Positions 28,017 to 37,880 of a DNA stretch of 62,946 bases are shown here, one piece after another. Position 1 is the first letter of the stretch, and every line of letters begins with the position of its first letter. The DNA is from Methanobacteriota archaeon (GTDB lineage Archaea; Thermoplasmatota; Thermoplasmata; RBG-16-68-12). Below the pieces are notes generated by a model. The model was given only the letters and a program-made list of their open reading frames with translations. It was not told the origin of the DNA and made no database searches. The translations under genes were made by a program, and so were the position numbers. The stretch is from NCBI GenBank assembly GCA_005878615.1, contig VBLT01000120.1, forward strand, positions 1-62,946, written 5' to 3'.

Positions 28017-28181
28017 ATGTGCGACGAATATTATGACGAACGGATGAAAGCGGTCTGGCGGGCGCTCGCCGACGAATCCGAACTCGAACGCGACGAAGAA
28101 AGTGAAGAGGAGTCTCCACGGCCGATCGCGATCGAGCCGCTCGATCTCCCGAAGGCGAAACCGAAAGCCCTTCTCCGTTGA
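28017..28181 (+). CDS. 54-aa acidic small protein
   Basis: GAAGGTGG SD then MCDEYYDERMKAVWRALADESELERDEESEEE...; divergent from GTPase 3. Confidence 0.55.
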   Translation: MCDEYYDERMKAVWRALADESELERDEESEEESPRPIAIEPLDLPKAKPKALLR

Positions 28182-28269
28182 GGGCCGCCGTTCGGCGAGA
28201 AATGGGCATTTCCTCCGAGAGACGCGCGTCTCTCTCCAAAAAGCTAAATAGCCCCCCTCCATAGGGACG

Positions 28270-28404
28270 GCCCAACGCGCCGACCAGACGCCCCCCCGGG
28301 CAATCCGCCTGAGGATCCCGGAAATGCGAACCCGAAACTTCTGGGCCCCGCAGGAAGCGTCACGGCGGCGTGGCATTCGCCCGCGGCTCGTTGCACGCGA
28401 CGAG
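28270..28404 (+). promoter_or_regulatory. Structured 5' leader of the rpl3 operon
   Basis: Nested stems ACGC/GCGT, GCCG/CGGC, GACGC/GCGTC enclosing two hairpins, plus CTCGTTGC/GCGACGAG; TAAATA at about 28245. Confidence 0.5.
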
Positions 28405-28431
28405 AGATCGCTTTACGCGGAGGACTCGCCG

Positions 28432-29436
28432 ATGCCGAAGGAACACCGACCACGACACGGCTCGATGGGCTTTTCGCCCCGCAAGCGCAGCGAGAGCCCG
28501 ATTCCCCACTTCTCGAGCTGGCCCGACCTGGACGGCGGCAGCCCGAAGGTCCAGGGCTTTGCGGGCTACAAGGCGGGGATGACGCACGCGATCGTGGTGG
28601 ACTACCGGCCCACGTCGACCACGTCGGGTCAAGAGGTCCAGATTCCCGTCACCGTCCTCGAGGTCCCTCCAATGCACGTGGCGGCGGTTCGACTCTACCA
28701 TCGGGAGCCCGAGGGCCTGAGGACCCAGGCGGAAGTGTGGAGCCCGAAGCTCGACAAGGAACTGCGAAGGGTCTTCCCGATTCCGAAGGACTACGACGCG
28801 GGGGAAGCATGGAAAAAGGTGGATCCCGCGCAAATCGACGACGTGCGCCTCATCACCTACACGCAGCCGGCGCTGCTGACCGGGGTGCCGAAGAAGAAGC
28901 CGGATCTCATGGAGAATCGGGTCGGCGGCGGTTCCATCGAGGACCGCATCAAGTACGCGAAGCAGCTGCTCGGGACGGACATCGCCGTCACGGAATTCTG
29001 TCGGGAAGGATCGATGGTCGATGTCGCCGCGATCACGAAAGGGAAGGGGTGGAAGGGGCACCACACCCGATGGGGCACGCGGCTCCTGAGCCACAAGAAC
29101 TCGAAGCACCGCAGGAACATCGGGACGCTCGGGAACTTTCAGCCGGGGTACGTGCGGCCGACGGTCCCGCAAGGCGGACAGTTCGGGTACCATCAGCGCA
29201 CCGAGTACAACAAGCGGATTTTGAAGATCGGCGAGAAGGGTGAGGAGATTAATCCGAGCGGCGGGTTCCTCTCGTACGGGATCGTCCGCAATTCGTACGT
29301 GCTGCTCCATGGTTCGATCCCGGGCCCCGCGAAACGACTCATCCGCCTCCGAGATGCTGCCCGAGTTGGCTATGTGAAACTGGAAAAGTCTCCCGACCTT
29401 ACGTACCTCTCGCGCGAATCGAAGCAGGGGGTGTGA
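28432..29436 (+). CDS. rpl3: 50S ribosomal protein L3
   Basis: HRPRHGSMGFSPRKR, FAGYKAGMTH, GYHQRTEYNK. Confidence 0.97.
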   Translation: MPKEHRPRHGSMGFSPRKRSESPIPHFSSWPDLDGGSPKVQGFAGYKAGMTHAIVVDYRPTSTTSGQEVQIPVTVLEVPPMHVAAVRLYHREPEGLRTQAEVWSPKLDKELRRVFPIPKDYDAGEAWKKVDPAQIDDVRLITYTQPALLTGVPKKKPDLMENRVGGGSIEDRIKYAKQLLGTDIAVTEFCREGSMVDVAAITKGKGWKGHHTRWGTRLLSHKNSKHRRNIGTLGNFQPGYVRPTVPQGGQFGYHQRTEYNKRILKIGEKGEEINPSGGFLSYGIVRNSYVLLHGSIPGPAKRLIRLRDAARVGYVKLEKSPDLTYLSRESKQGV

Positions 29437-29439
29437 GGC

Positions 29440-30366
29440 ATCCCCGCGAAGGACAAGAAGGAGGCGTCCGCCGAAGACGAGAAGGCGCCGCCGAAGCCGC
29501 GGGTGCGACGGAAGAAGGCGACCGCAGCGGAGAAGCCGCCGAAGGCGACGAAAGCCCCGAAGGCAAAGCAGACCCCGCGTCCGGAAGGCGGTCGTGTTCA
29601 CGTTTATTCCCTCGACGGCGACGTGGTCAAGTCCGTCGACCTCCCGCCGATCTTCCAAGGCGACGTTCGATCCGACCTCATCCGCCGGGCCGTCACCGCG
29701 GCGCAGGCGAATCGACGCCAGCCCTACGGCTCCGCGTTCCGGTCGGGATTGAGCCACTCCGTCCGCTGGTCGGGCAAGGGGCACGGAGTGTCCCGCGTGC
29801 CGCGGCTCCGCGGTTCGATGACCGGCGCGCAGGCGCCGGGCACCGTCGGAGGCCGCCGCGCGCACCCTCCTCGCCCGGACAAGGTCTGGGCCAAGAAGAT
29901 CAACGAGAAGGAGCGGCGGATGGCCCGAAACGCGGCCCTGGCCGCGCTCAAGGAATCGGAGATCGTCGCGGCGCGCGGCCACCATTTCAAGGAGGAGCTG
30001 AGCCTCCCCGTCATCGTCGAAGATGGGCTCGAGACCCTCGAGCCGGAGGGGGGCGCCACCCGGGAGGGTGTCAAGATCCTCGATCGCCTCGGCGTGCTTT
30101 CGGACGTCGAGCGGGCGAAGGAGGGCCGCCACGTCCGGGCCGGTCGCGGCAAGATGCGCGGCCGGAGGTACCGCCAGCCGCGGAGCCTGCTCGTCGTCGT
30201 GAAAGACCCGAAGAAGGTGCGCCGGTTGTTCGGGAACCTCCCGGGCGTCGAGGTCGTCAGCCCGGCGGGCCTGAACGCCGAGGTGCTCGCGCCCGGCGGC
30301 GATCCGGGCCGACTCGCGGTATTCAGCGAGGGAGCCCTCGAAGTGTTGCGGAGTTGGCAGCCATGA
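29440..30366 (+). CDS. rpl4: 50S ribosomal protein L4 with Lys-rich N-terminal extension (possible ATC start; GTG29503 alternative)
   Basis: RSDLIRRAV, GGRRAHPP, RAGRGKMRGRRY, LAPGGDPGRL. Confidence 0.93.
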   Translation: MPAKDKKEASAEDEKAPPKPRVRRKKATAAEKPPKATKAPKAKQTPRPEGGRVHVYSLDGDVVKSVDLPPIFQGDVRSDLIRRAVTAAQANRRQPYGSAFRSGLSHSVRWSGKGHGVSRVPRLRGSMTGAQAPGTVGGRRAHPPRPDKVWAKKINEKERRMARNAALAALKESEIVAARGHHFKEELSLPVIVEDGLETLEPEGGATREGVKILDRLGVLSDVERAKEGRHVRAGRGKMRGRRYRQPRSLLVVVKDPKKVRRLFGNLPGVEVVSPAGLNAEVLAPGGDPGRLAVFSEGALEVLRSWQP

Positions 30367-30644
30367 AACCGCACGAGATCCTCATCCATCCCTACGTCAC
30401 CGAGAAGACGCTCAACATGCTCCAGGGCACGCCCGCTCAGAACCTGAAGGACGGAAATCGCCTCGAGTTCCTCGTGATCCGCCGTGCGACGAGGGACCAG
30501 GTCAAGAAGGCGTTCGAGGAACTGTTCCAGGTCAAGGTCGAGAAGGTCAACACGTTCGTCCGGAGGGACGGCAAGCACGCGATCATCAAACTCAAGCCGG
30601 AGTTCTCCGCGGAAGAAATCGGGATGCGGATTGGGGTGTTCTGA
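30363..30644 (+). CDS. rpl23: 50S ribosomal protein L23
   Basis: HPYVTEK...NRLEFLV...VKVEKVNT...AEEIGMRIGVF. Confidence 0.95.
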   Translation: MKPHEILIHPYVTEKTLNMLQGTPAQNLKDGNRLEFLVIRRATRDQVKKAFEELFQVKVEKVNTFVRRDGKHAIIKLKPEFSAEEIGMRIGVF

Positions 30645-31357
30645 TGGGCAAGAACCTTCCGGGCCAGCGCCGCGGCCGCGGGACCTCGCCGACGTATCGG
30701 TCGCCGAGCCACCGCCATCCGGGTCCGGTCGTGCACCCGCATCTCCGCGGCACCGGCGTCGTGACCGCCATCTTCCAAGCGCCGGGCCACACGGCCCCGC
30801 TCGCGCGGGTGCGGTTCGATGGCCACGAAGTGCTCATGATCGCGTGCGACGGGCTTTCCGTCGGGCAGCCGGTGACCCACGGCCCTCCGAATCTCGACCG
30901 CGGGAACACGATGGCGTTGCGCGAGATCCCCGAAGGGACCCTCGTCTACAATCTCGAGGCGATGCCGGGAGACGGGGGCCGCTTCGTCCGCGCCGCGGGC
31001 ACGCAGGCCGTCGTCGTGAGCCAGGGAGATCGGACCGTCGTCCAGTTGCCGTCGGGCCAGTTCCGATCGTTCCATCCCGATTGCCGCGCGACAATCGGCG
31101 CGGTCGCCGGCGCGGGCCGCGGGGACAAGCCCTTCACAAAGGCCGGCAAGAAATGGTTCTCCTTCCAGTCCTTCAGCAAGCCCTACTTCAAGGTCCGCGG
31201 GGTCGCGATGAATCCCGTCGACCATCCGCATGGAGGCGGATCGCACCAGCACGTCGGCAAGCCGTCGACCGTCGGATTCGACGCTCCTCCCGGCCGGAAG
31301 GTCGGCCGGATGTCCCCCAAGCCGAAGCGACTGAAGGAGAAGCGACGACGGAGGTAA
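30644..31357 (+). CDS. rpl2: 50S ribosomal protein L2
   Basis: QRRGRG, VRGVAMNPVDHPHGGG. Confidence 0.97.
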   Translation: MGKNLPGQRRGRGTSPTYRSPSHRHPGPVVHPHLRGTGVVTAIFQAPGHTAPLARVRFDGHEVLMIACDGLSVGQPVTHGPPNLDRGNTMALREIPEGTLVYNLEAMPGDGGRFVRAAGTQAVVVSQGDRTVVQLPSGQFRSFHPDCRATIGAVAGAGRGDKPFTKAGKKWFSFQSFSKPYFKVRGVAMNPVDHPHGGGSHQHVGKPSTVGFDAPPGRKVGRMSPKPKRLKEKRRRR

Positions 31358-31361
31358 ACGC

Positions 31362-31826
31362 ATGGCGAAGAAGATGGGCGGTCTCGCGAAGGCGGCACGG
31401 AGGAAGTTGCGGAAGCGCGCGGGCCTCGTGGAGACGCGACGCAAGAAAGAGTTCACCTACCGCGGCTACACGCTCGACGAGATGAAGGCGATGACGCTCG
31501 AGGAGATCATCGAGCTCCTGCCGGCGCGTCCTCGCCGGAGTTTCATCCGCGGCCTTGATGACGAGCGCCTGACGTTCGTCGAGAAGCTCCGCGCGAACGG
31601 GACCGACACGGCAGTCCGGACGCACTGCCGCGACGTGCCGATCCTGCCCGACTTCATCGGGAAGAAGGTCGCGATCCACAACGGGAAGGAGTTCGTGACG
31701 GTCGAGATCAAGTCCGAGATGATCGGCCATTTCATCGGCGAGTTCGCGATGACTCGCAAGCCCGTGGTCCACAGCGGACCGGGCGTCGGCGCGACGCGCT
31801 CGTCGAAGTTCATGCCGCTGAAGTGA
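31362..31826 (+). CDS. rps19: 30S ribosomal protein S19
   Basis: EFTYRGYTL, RTHCRD, GVGATRSSKFMPLK. Confidence 0.97.
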   Translation: MAKKMGGLAKAARRKLRKRAGLVETRRKKEFTYRGYTLDEMKAMTLEEIIELLPARPRRSFIRGLDDERLTFVEKLRANGTDTAVRTHCRDVPILPDFIGKKVAIHNGKEFVTVEIKSEMIGHFIGEFAMTRKPVVHSGPGVGATRSSKFMPLK

Positions 31827-31833
31827 GGATCGA

Positions 31834-32289
31834 ATGACGAAGCTCGGGTACACGGTGGAATACAAGATCGAGACGATGGCCCGAGCGTACGGCCGAGACC
31901 TCCCGATCGCATGGAAGAAGTCGATCGAGCTCGCGAGGCAGCTTCGCGGCCGGACGGTGGAGAAGGCTCGCGAATACCTGGAAAACGTGGCCTCCCTCAA
32001 GCAGGCGGTGCCGATGCGAACGTACGGGCGGTGGGTCGCGCACAAGTCCGGCATCGGGCCGGCGCGTTACCCGGTCAAAGCGGCGAAGGCCTTCCTCACG
32101 ATCCTCGAGAGCGCCGTCGCGAACGCGGAGTTCACCGGGAAGGAGGATCCGGACACGATGGTCATCGCGGTCATCAACGCCCACAAGGGCCCGACGTCGA
32201 AGGGCTACCGACCCCGCGCGTACGGGCGCAGCAGTCCGTGGAATCAAGACACCGTCAATCTGGAGATCGTCCTCGAAGAGGTGGAGTAG
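31834..32289 (+). CDS. rpl22: 50S ribosomal protein L22
   Basis: RYPVKAA, PRAYGRSSP; position in operon. Confidence 0.95.
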   Translation: MTKLGYTVEYKIETMARAYGRDLPIAWKKSIELARQLRGRTVEKAREYLENVASLKQAVPMRTYGRWVAHKSGIGPARYPVKAAKAFLTILESAVANAEFTGKEDPDTMVIAVINAHKGPTSKGYRPRAYGRSSPWNQDTVNLEIVLEEVE

Positions 32290-33109
32290 GTGCCGGAGAC
32301 AATACCTGATGAGCGAGACCCGCCGGGCCGGGTTCGGCGGCCTCGACATCCAGCGGACTCCCATGGGGACCCGCGTCACGCTGCTCGCGGAGCGACCGGG
32401 CCTCGTCATCGGGCGGAAGGGCGGGGCGATCAAGAGCCTCACGGAGGCCGTCGAACGTCAATTCAAGTTCGACAATCCCCAGATCGAAGTGCAGGAGGTC
32501 GGAAGCCCGGCCCTCAACGCACAGATCATGGCGGAGAAGCTCGCGAACGCGCTCGAGCGCGGTTGGCATTTCCGGCGGGCAGGCCATTCGACCGTGCGAC
32601 GGATCATGGAGGCCGGCGCGAAAGGCTGCCTCGTCGTCATCGCAGGCAAGCTGACGGGGCAGCGGCACCGCAGGGAGAAGTTCAAGTCCGGCCACATCAA
32701 GTACTGCGGCGAGCCGCGCAACCTCTGGATGGACCGCGGCTTCGCGGCGGCGAAACTCAAGCCCGGGATCATCGGCGTGACGGTCGAAATCATGGACCCG
32801 CGGGCGAAGCTGCCCGATGAGATCGAGATCAAGCAGCCGTCGGCCGAATACGTGGCCGCGGCCGCCGCCATGGCCGAGGCAGCCCTCATCGCGCGGGCGC
32901 AGCCCCAGCCCGAAGCGGTCCCCGCAACGGTTCCCGCCGAGGGCGAACCCGAAGAACCGGAACCCCTCATTGTGGAGGAGCCGAAGGCGCCCGAGACGAA
33001 GGTGAAGCGCGGCAAGGTCGCCTCGAAGCGGTTGAAGAAGGTCGCGAAGGAAGTGAAGGCGCTCGGCGTGGACGCCGACGTCGAGCCGAGCGGAGGCGAC
33101 GACGCCTAA
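32290..33109 (+). CDS. rps3: 30S ribosomal protein S3; SD-supported GTG32290 is out of frame with the body (in-frame ATG32309)
   Basis: AGFGGLDIQRTPMGTRV, PGLVIGRKG, ERGWHFRRAG. Confidence 0.93.
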
Positions 33110-33363
33110 TGCCCCTGCTGCGCACGAAGGAAATCCGGGCGATGGACGCCGACACGCTCGGCAAGAAGCTCTCGGAACTTCGAGACGAGCTGATGCACGA
33201 GCGCGGCGTCGCGGCGATGGGCGGCGCGCCCCCGAATCCCGGGAAGATCCGCGCCCTTCGTAAGAACATCGCCCGCATCCTCACGATCCTGTCCGAGGAG
33301 CGGCGGCTCGGGACCGCCCCGGCGCCCGCGCCGAAGGAGACGGAAAAGGAGGGGACCTCGTGA
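33109..33363 (+). CDS. rpl29: 50S ribosomal protein L29
   Basis: LRTKEIRAM...NPGKIRALRKNIARILT. Confidence 0.95.
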   Translation: MPLLRTKEIRAMDADTLGKKLSELRDELMHERGVAAMGGAPPNPGKIRALRKNIARILTILSEERRLGTAPAPAPKETEKEGTS

Positions 33364-33611
33364 ACCTTCGGAAGCACGAGCTCATCGGGCTCCAGGTCGA
33401 GGTCGTCGCGGCGACGGACCCCAGCCAGGAGCACCTTCGCGGACGCGTCGTCGATGAGACGCGGAACACCCTCGTACTCGACATCCGTGGCGACGAGAAA
33501 CGGATTCCGAAGGAAGGGAGCCGCTTCCGCTTCGAAGTCCAGGGCGGTTTCGAGATCGACGGGGCGGACATCCGATTTCGGCCGGAAGACCGCGTGAAGA
33601 AGGCTCGGTGA
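33360..33611 (+). CDS. rnp1: RNase P protein component 1 (Rpp29)
   Basis: HELIGL.VEV...GRVVDETRNTL...IPK...RPEDR. Confidence 0.92.
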   Translation: MNLRKHELIGLQVEVVAATDPSQEHLRGRVVDETRNTLVLDIRGDEKRIPKEGSRFRFEVQGGFEIDGADIRFRPEDRVKKAR

Positions 33612-33616
33612 GGTTC

Positions 33617-34006
33617 ATGGCGGAGAAGAAGGGGAGACGGAAGGCGGCCACGGCGGCGGTGCCATCGGCCCCCGGCGCCCGCGACATCGGCATTGACGTC
33701 CCCTCCCCCGCGAAGGTTTGCACGGACCGCAAGTGTCCGTTCCACGGCGGCCTTCCCGTGCGCGGCCAGATGCTCGAAGGCGTCGTCGTCTCGACCCGCA
33801 TGCAGAATACGGTCGTCATCGAGCGGGAGTACCTTCGGTACATCCAGAAGTTCGAACGATTCGAGAAGCGGACGCGACGGTTGAATGTCCACGCTCCGCC
33901 GTGTCTCGGCCTCCAGGTCGGGCACCGCCTCGTCGCGATGGAGTGCCGGCCTCTCGGGAAGACCGTGCACTTCGTCGCAATCCACAACCAGGGGGTCGCG
34001 GCGTGA
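33617..34006 (+). CDS. rps17: 30S ribosomal protein S17
   Basis: [26 protein letters not shown]. Confidence 0.95.
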   Translation: MAEKKGRRKAATAAVPSAPGARDIGIDVPSPAKVCTDRKCPFHGGLPVRGQMLEGVVVSTRMQNTVVIEREYLRYIQKFERFEKRTRRLNVHAPPCLGLQVGHRLVAMECRPLGKTVHFVAIHNQGVAA

Positions 34007-34401
34007 AGGGCCTTCCCGGACGCCAGATGCGCGGCCTCCCGAAAGGCGCGCGCCTTGAATGCATCGACAACACCGGCGCGAAGATCGTCGAGATCATTGA
34101 GGTGATGAAGTACCGCGGCGTGCGGAACCGGCTCGCGTCCGCGGGCATCGCCGACCTCCTCGTCGTCGCCGTGAAGAAGGGGACGCCGGAGACGCGAAAG
34201 CAGGTGATGAACGCGGTCGTCGTGCGCCAGCGTCGCCCCTTCCGGCGCCCCGAGGGGATGATGGTCCAGTTCGAGGACAACGCGTGCGTGATCGTGACCC
34301 CGGAAGGCGAGGTGAAGGGATCGGACATCAAGGGACCGGTCGCCCGCGAGGCGGCCGAGCGGTGGCCCCGCGTCGCGGCGACCGCGAGCATGATCGTGTG
34401 A
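34003..34401 (+). CDS. rpl14: 50S ribosomal protein L14
   Basis: [28 protein letters not shown]. Confidence 0.96.
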   Translation: MKGLPGRQMRGLPKGARLECIDNTGAKIVEIIEVMKYRGVRNRLASAGIADLLVVAVKKGTPETRKQVMNAVVVRQRRPFRRPEGMMVQFEDNACVIVTPEGEVKGSDIKGPVAREAAERWPRVAATASMIV

Positions 34402-34409
34402 GGCATCGC

Positions 34410-34778
34410 ATGACGAGCATACAACCGAGGACGCAACGGAAACAGGCGGCCAACGCTCCCCTCCATGTGAAACGGATCCTCGCCTCCTCCCACCTCTCGG
34501 CGGAGCTCCATGACAAGGCGAAGGGACGCCTCCCGCGAGCGCTGCCGGTCCGCAAGGGCGACACCGTCCGCGTCATGCGGGGCGGATTCCGCGGGCGGGA
34601 GGGCAAGGTGGTCTCCGTGGATCGCGTGCACGGGACCGTCGTCATCGAGGGCATCACGATCGAGAAGGTCGACGAGAAGAAGGTCGCGAGGCCCTTGCAC
34701 GCCTCGAATCTCCTGATCATCCGAATGGACGACACGGACGCGTGGCGTCGACGCAAGCTCGAGGAGAAATCGAAGTGA
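34410..34778 (+). CDS. rpl24: 50S ribosomal protein L24
   Basis: QPRTQRK..NAPLH, PVRKGDTVRVMRG (KOW). Confidence 0.95.
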   Translation: MTSIQPRTQRKQAANAPLHVKRILASSHLSAELHDKAKGRLPRALPVRKGDTVRVMRGGFRGREGKVVSVDRVHGTVVIEGITIEKVDEKKVARPLHASNLLIIRMDDTDAWRRRKLEEKSK

Positions 34779-35485
34779 AGAAGCACCTCAAGCGACTGCC
34801 CGCCCCGCGGTCCTGGTCGATCCCCCGCAAGACCCACTTCTGGATCGTCCGTCCCTCGCCCGGCCCGCATGGGATCGGCGAGAGCGTGCCGCTCGGCTCG
34901 ATCCTCCGGGACATGCTCAAGGTCTGCGACACCGCCCGCGAGGCCCGGCATATCCTGAACAACCGCGGCGTCCTCGTCGACGGGCGCGCCGTGACGGATC
35001 CCAAGTTCCCCGTGGGCCTGATGGACGTGCTCACCTTGAGCCAGACGAAGGCCCACTATCGCATGCTCGTGGACACCCGCGGCCGCATGTCGCTCGTCGG
35101 CATCGAGGAGGGCGAGGCCACGTGGAAACTGTGCCGCGTCGAGGACAAGACGACCGTGCGGGGCGGGAAGACGCAGATCAACCTGCACGACGGCCGGAAC
35201 CTGGTCCTCCCGAAGGATTCGTACAAGACGGGGACCACCGTGAAGATGAACGTCCCCGGCCAGAAGGTCGTCGAGCACTACGAACTGAGCAAGGGCGCGC
35301 CGGTCCTGGTGACCGCGGGCCAGCACGTCGGAGAGATCGCCCACGTCCTCGAGGTCCAGCGAACGCGGAACCCGCGGGCGAACATCGTCACGTTCACGGA
35401 AGGCTTCTCGACGGACATCCACAAGGTGTTCGTCCTCGGGACGGAAGGGCCCACGATCAAGACGCCGGAGGCTCCGGCGATCTAG
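34775..35485 (+). CDS. rps4e: 30S ribosomal protein S4e
   Basis: [33 protein letters not shown]. Confidence 0.96.
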   Translation: MKKHLKRLPAPRSWSIPRKTHFWIVRPSPGPHGIGESVPLGSILRDMLKVCDTAREARHILNNRGVLVDGRAVTDPKFPVGLMDVLTLSQTKAHYRMLVDTRGRMSLVGIEEGEATWKLCRVEDKTTVRGGKTQINLHDGRNLVLPKDSYKTGTTVKMNVPGQKVVEHYELSKGAPVLVTAGQHVGEIAHVLEVQRTRNPRANIVTFTEGFSTDIHKVFVLGTEGPTIKTPEAPAI

Positions 35486-35493
35486 GTGGGACG

Positions 35494-36003
35494 ATGGCGG
35501 GCATGCGCGAGATCCGGGTCGAGAAGGTCGTGGTCAACGTCGGCGTCGGCGAGGCGGGCGAGAAGCTCGTCAAGGCGCAGAAGGTGCTCGAGCTCGTGAC
35601 GAAGCAGAAGTCGGTCCAGACGCTCAGCCACCAGGCCGTCCGCGACTGGGGCGTCCGAAGGAACATGCCGATCGGGACGCGCGTCACGTTGCGCGGCGAG
35701 GGCGCCGAGTCGTTCCTGAAGTCCGCCCTCGACATCCGGAACAACCGCCTCCCGGGCTACAGTTTCGACGCCCGCGGGAACGTATCCTTCGGAATCCAGG
35801 ATTACACGGACTTCCCCGGGATGAAATACGATCCCGAGATCGGCGTGTTCGGGATGGACGTCAGCGTGAGCCTGCAACGGCCCGGCTGGCGCGTCGCCCG
35901 TCGAGCCATCCAAGCGCGACGGATCCCTCGCTCCCACCGCGTCTCCCGATCGGAAGGCATCGAGTTCATGAAGGTGCACTTCAAGGTCGAGGTGGTCGAG
36001 TGA
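35494..36003 (+). CDS. rpl5: 50S ribosomal protein L5
   Basis: [35 protein letters not shown]. Confidence 0.96.
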   Translation: MAGMREIRVEKVVVNVGVGEAGEKLVKAQKVLELVTKQKSVQTLSHQAVRDWGVRRNMPIGTRVTLRGEGAESFLKSALDIRNNRLPGYSFDARGNVSFGIQDYTDFPGMKYDPEIGVFGMDVSVSLQRPGWRVARRAIQARRIPRSHRVSRSEGIEFMKVHFKVEVVE

Positions 36004-36146
36004 ACCGGACGAAAGATTTCGGCCGGAAGAAAGGCTGCCTCCGCTGCGGACGGAAGCGGGGGATCGTCCGCCGCTACGGCCTGCACTTGTGCCGCCAGTG
36101 CTTCCGCGAGATCGCCTACGAGCTCGGCTTCCGGAAGTACAGCTGA
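36000..36146 (+). CDS. rps14: 30S ribosomal protein S14 (Zn-binding; absent from the ORF track)
   Basis: [48 protein letters not shown]. Confidence 0.96.
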   Translation: MNRTKDFGRKKGCLRCGRKRGIVRRYGLHLCRQCFREIAYELGFRKYS

Positions 36147-36155
36147 GGTGATCGT

Positions 36156-36545
36156 TTGCTCCAGGATCCACTCAACGATGCGATGGCGACGATCCGCAAC
36201 GCCGAGTCGGCCGGCAAGACCGAGTGCGTCATCCGGCCGGCGTCGAAGCTGATCGGCCGCGTGCTCAAGGTGATGCAGGACTACGAGTACATTCGCTCGT
36301 TCGAACTCGTGGAGGACGGCCGCGGGAACCTGTACCGGGTCGGCCTCGTCGGGAGCATCAACAACTGCGGTGTGATCAAGCCGCGCTTCGCGGTCAAGCG
36401 CAAGGAGCTCGAGAAGTACGAGGCGCGGTACCTGCCCGCGCAGGATTTCGGGGTCCTCATCCTCACGACGACGGAAGGCGTCATCTCTCAGACGAAAGCG
36501 AAGGAGGTGGGCGTGGGCGGGAAACTCCTCGCCTACGTCTATTGA
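36156..36545 (+). CDS. rps8: 30S ribosomal protein S8
   Basis: [34 protein letters not shown]. Confidence 0.96.
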   Translation: MLQDPLNDAMATIRNAESAGKTECVIRPASKLIGRVLKVMQDYEYIRSFELVEDGRGNLYRVGLVGSINNCGVIKPRFAVKRKELEKYEARYLPAQDFGVLILTTTEGVISQTKAKEVGVGGKLLAYVY

Positions 36546-36553
36546 GGTGGGCG

Positions 36554-37099
36554 ATGCCGGTCGCAGGATTGAAGGAGGAATTGGTCGACATCCCCGCGGA
36601 CGTGCAGGTCCGCATGGAAGGCGACCTCGTGGTCGTCACCGGCAAGGGCCACTCGTTGCGTCGCGCGCTGTCCCATCCGCGCATCCGGATCCTCGTCGAC
36701 GGGAAACAGGCGAAGGTCCGCTGCGAATTCCCGCGGCGGCGGGAGGGCGCTCTCGTGGGGACGTTCGCGGCCCACCTCCGGAACATGATCGTCGGCGTGA
36801 CGCAGGGCTTCGAGTACGAGATGAAGATCGTGTACAGTCATTTCCCGGTCAAGGCGACCGTCAAGGGGTCCGAGTTCATCATCGAAAACTTCCTGGGGGA
36901 GAAGTTCCCGCGGAAGACGCGGATCGTCGGGGAGACGAAGGTCGAGGTGAAAGGCGACCAGGTGCTCCTCAGCGGCCCGGACGTCGAAGCGGTCGGTCAG
37001 ACCGCCGCGAACATCGAGCTGGCGACGCGGATCCGGGGCTTCGATCCGCGGATCTTCCAGGACGGCATCTACATCACGAAGAAGGCCGGGGAGGCATAG
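36554..37099 (+). CDS. rpl6: 50S ribosomal protein L6
   Basis: NMIVGVTQGF, YSHFP, NFLGEK, DPRIFQDGIYI. Confidence 0.96.
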   Translation: MPVAGLKEELVDIPADVQVRMEGDLVVVTGKGHSLRRALSHPRIRILVDGKQAKVRCEFPRRREGALVGTFAAHLRNMIVGVTQGFEYEMKIVYSHFPVKATVKGSEFIIENFLGEKFPRKTRIVGETKVEVKGDQVLLSGPDVEAVGQTAANIELATRIRGFDPRIFQDGIYITKKAGEA

Positions 37100-37100
37100 G

Positions 37101-37880
37101 ATGGCCGAGGAAGAACCAAAACCGGCGAAGAAAGTCAAGAAGGCCACGCTCCCGGAGAAGCCGCCGGAGCCGCGAGGTCCCCTCCCGACGGCCGCCGAGG
37201 TCCGCGCCGCAAAGAAGGCGGAACTGGTCGCGTGGTCTGACAAGTACGAGCTGAGCACGGAAGGCAAGGTCGACGAGCTCCGAAAGCGCCTCCTCGCATT
37301 CCTCACAAAAGAGGAAGCGAAGGCGGCCCGCGAGGCGAAGAAGGCGGCCGAGCCGAAGGAGCCGGAAAAAGAGGAGAAGGCGGAGGAGAAGCCCGCGAAG
37401 GAGCCTGCCCTGCGGAAAAAGCCAAAGAAGGAGGAAAAAGAAGAGGAGGGAGAGAAGGAGCGCGTCCACGAGGCTCGGGCCAAGCCCAAGCTGGACGAAC
37501 GCCTTCGGAAGCTCCTCGATTTGCGCAGCGCGAAGAATGCGGTCCGCCCGAAGTTCCGGCGCCAGGAGTGGTTCCGGTACCGCATGTTCGGCGACGAGTG
37601 GCGGAAGCCGCAGGGCGGTCAGTCCAAGTTGCGACGCCACTTCGGATACCGCTGGAATGTCCCATCGATCGGCTACCGGGGCCCGAAGGCCGTCCGGGGT
37701 CTCCATCCGAGTGGCTTCCAAGAGATCCTCGTCCATAACGAGCGACAGCTCGAGGGACTCGATGCGACGAAACAGGCCGTCCGCATCGCTCACGGGGTCG
37801 GCACGCGGAAGCGGGAACTGATCGAGAAGGCCTGCGACGACAAGGGGCTGCGCATCCTCAACCGGATGGTGACCGAATGA
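37101..37880 (+). CDS. rpl32e: 50S ribosomal protein L32e with N-terminal SAP-like domain
   Basis: RPKFRRQEW, WRKPQG, IGYRGP..VRGLHPSG. Confidence 0.93.
   Translation: MAEEEPKPAKKVKKATLPEKPPEPRGPLPTAAEVRAAKKAELVAWSDKYELSTEGKVDELRKRLLAFLTKEEAKAAREAKKAAEPKEPEKEEKAEEKPAKEPALRKKPKKEEKEEEGEKERVHEARAKPKLDERLRKLLDLRSAKNAVRPKFRRQEWFRYRMFGDEWRKPQGGQSKLRRHFGYRWNVPSIGYRGPKAVRGLHPSGFQEILVHNERQLEGLDATKQAVRIAHGVGTRKRELIEKACDDKGLRILNRMVTE

Noticed and set aside
29433..30362. Apparent long N-terminal extension of L23
   Set aside because: Alternate frame over rpl4; L23 starts at ATG30363
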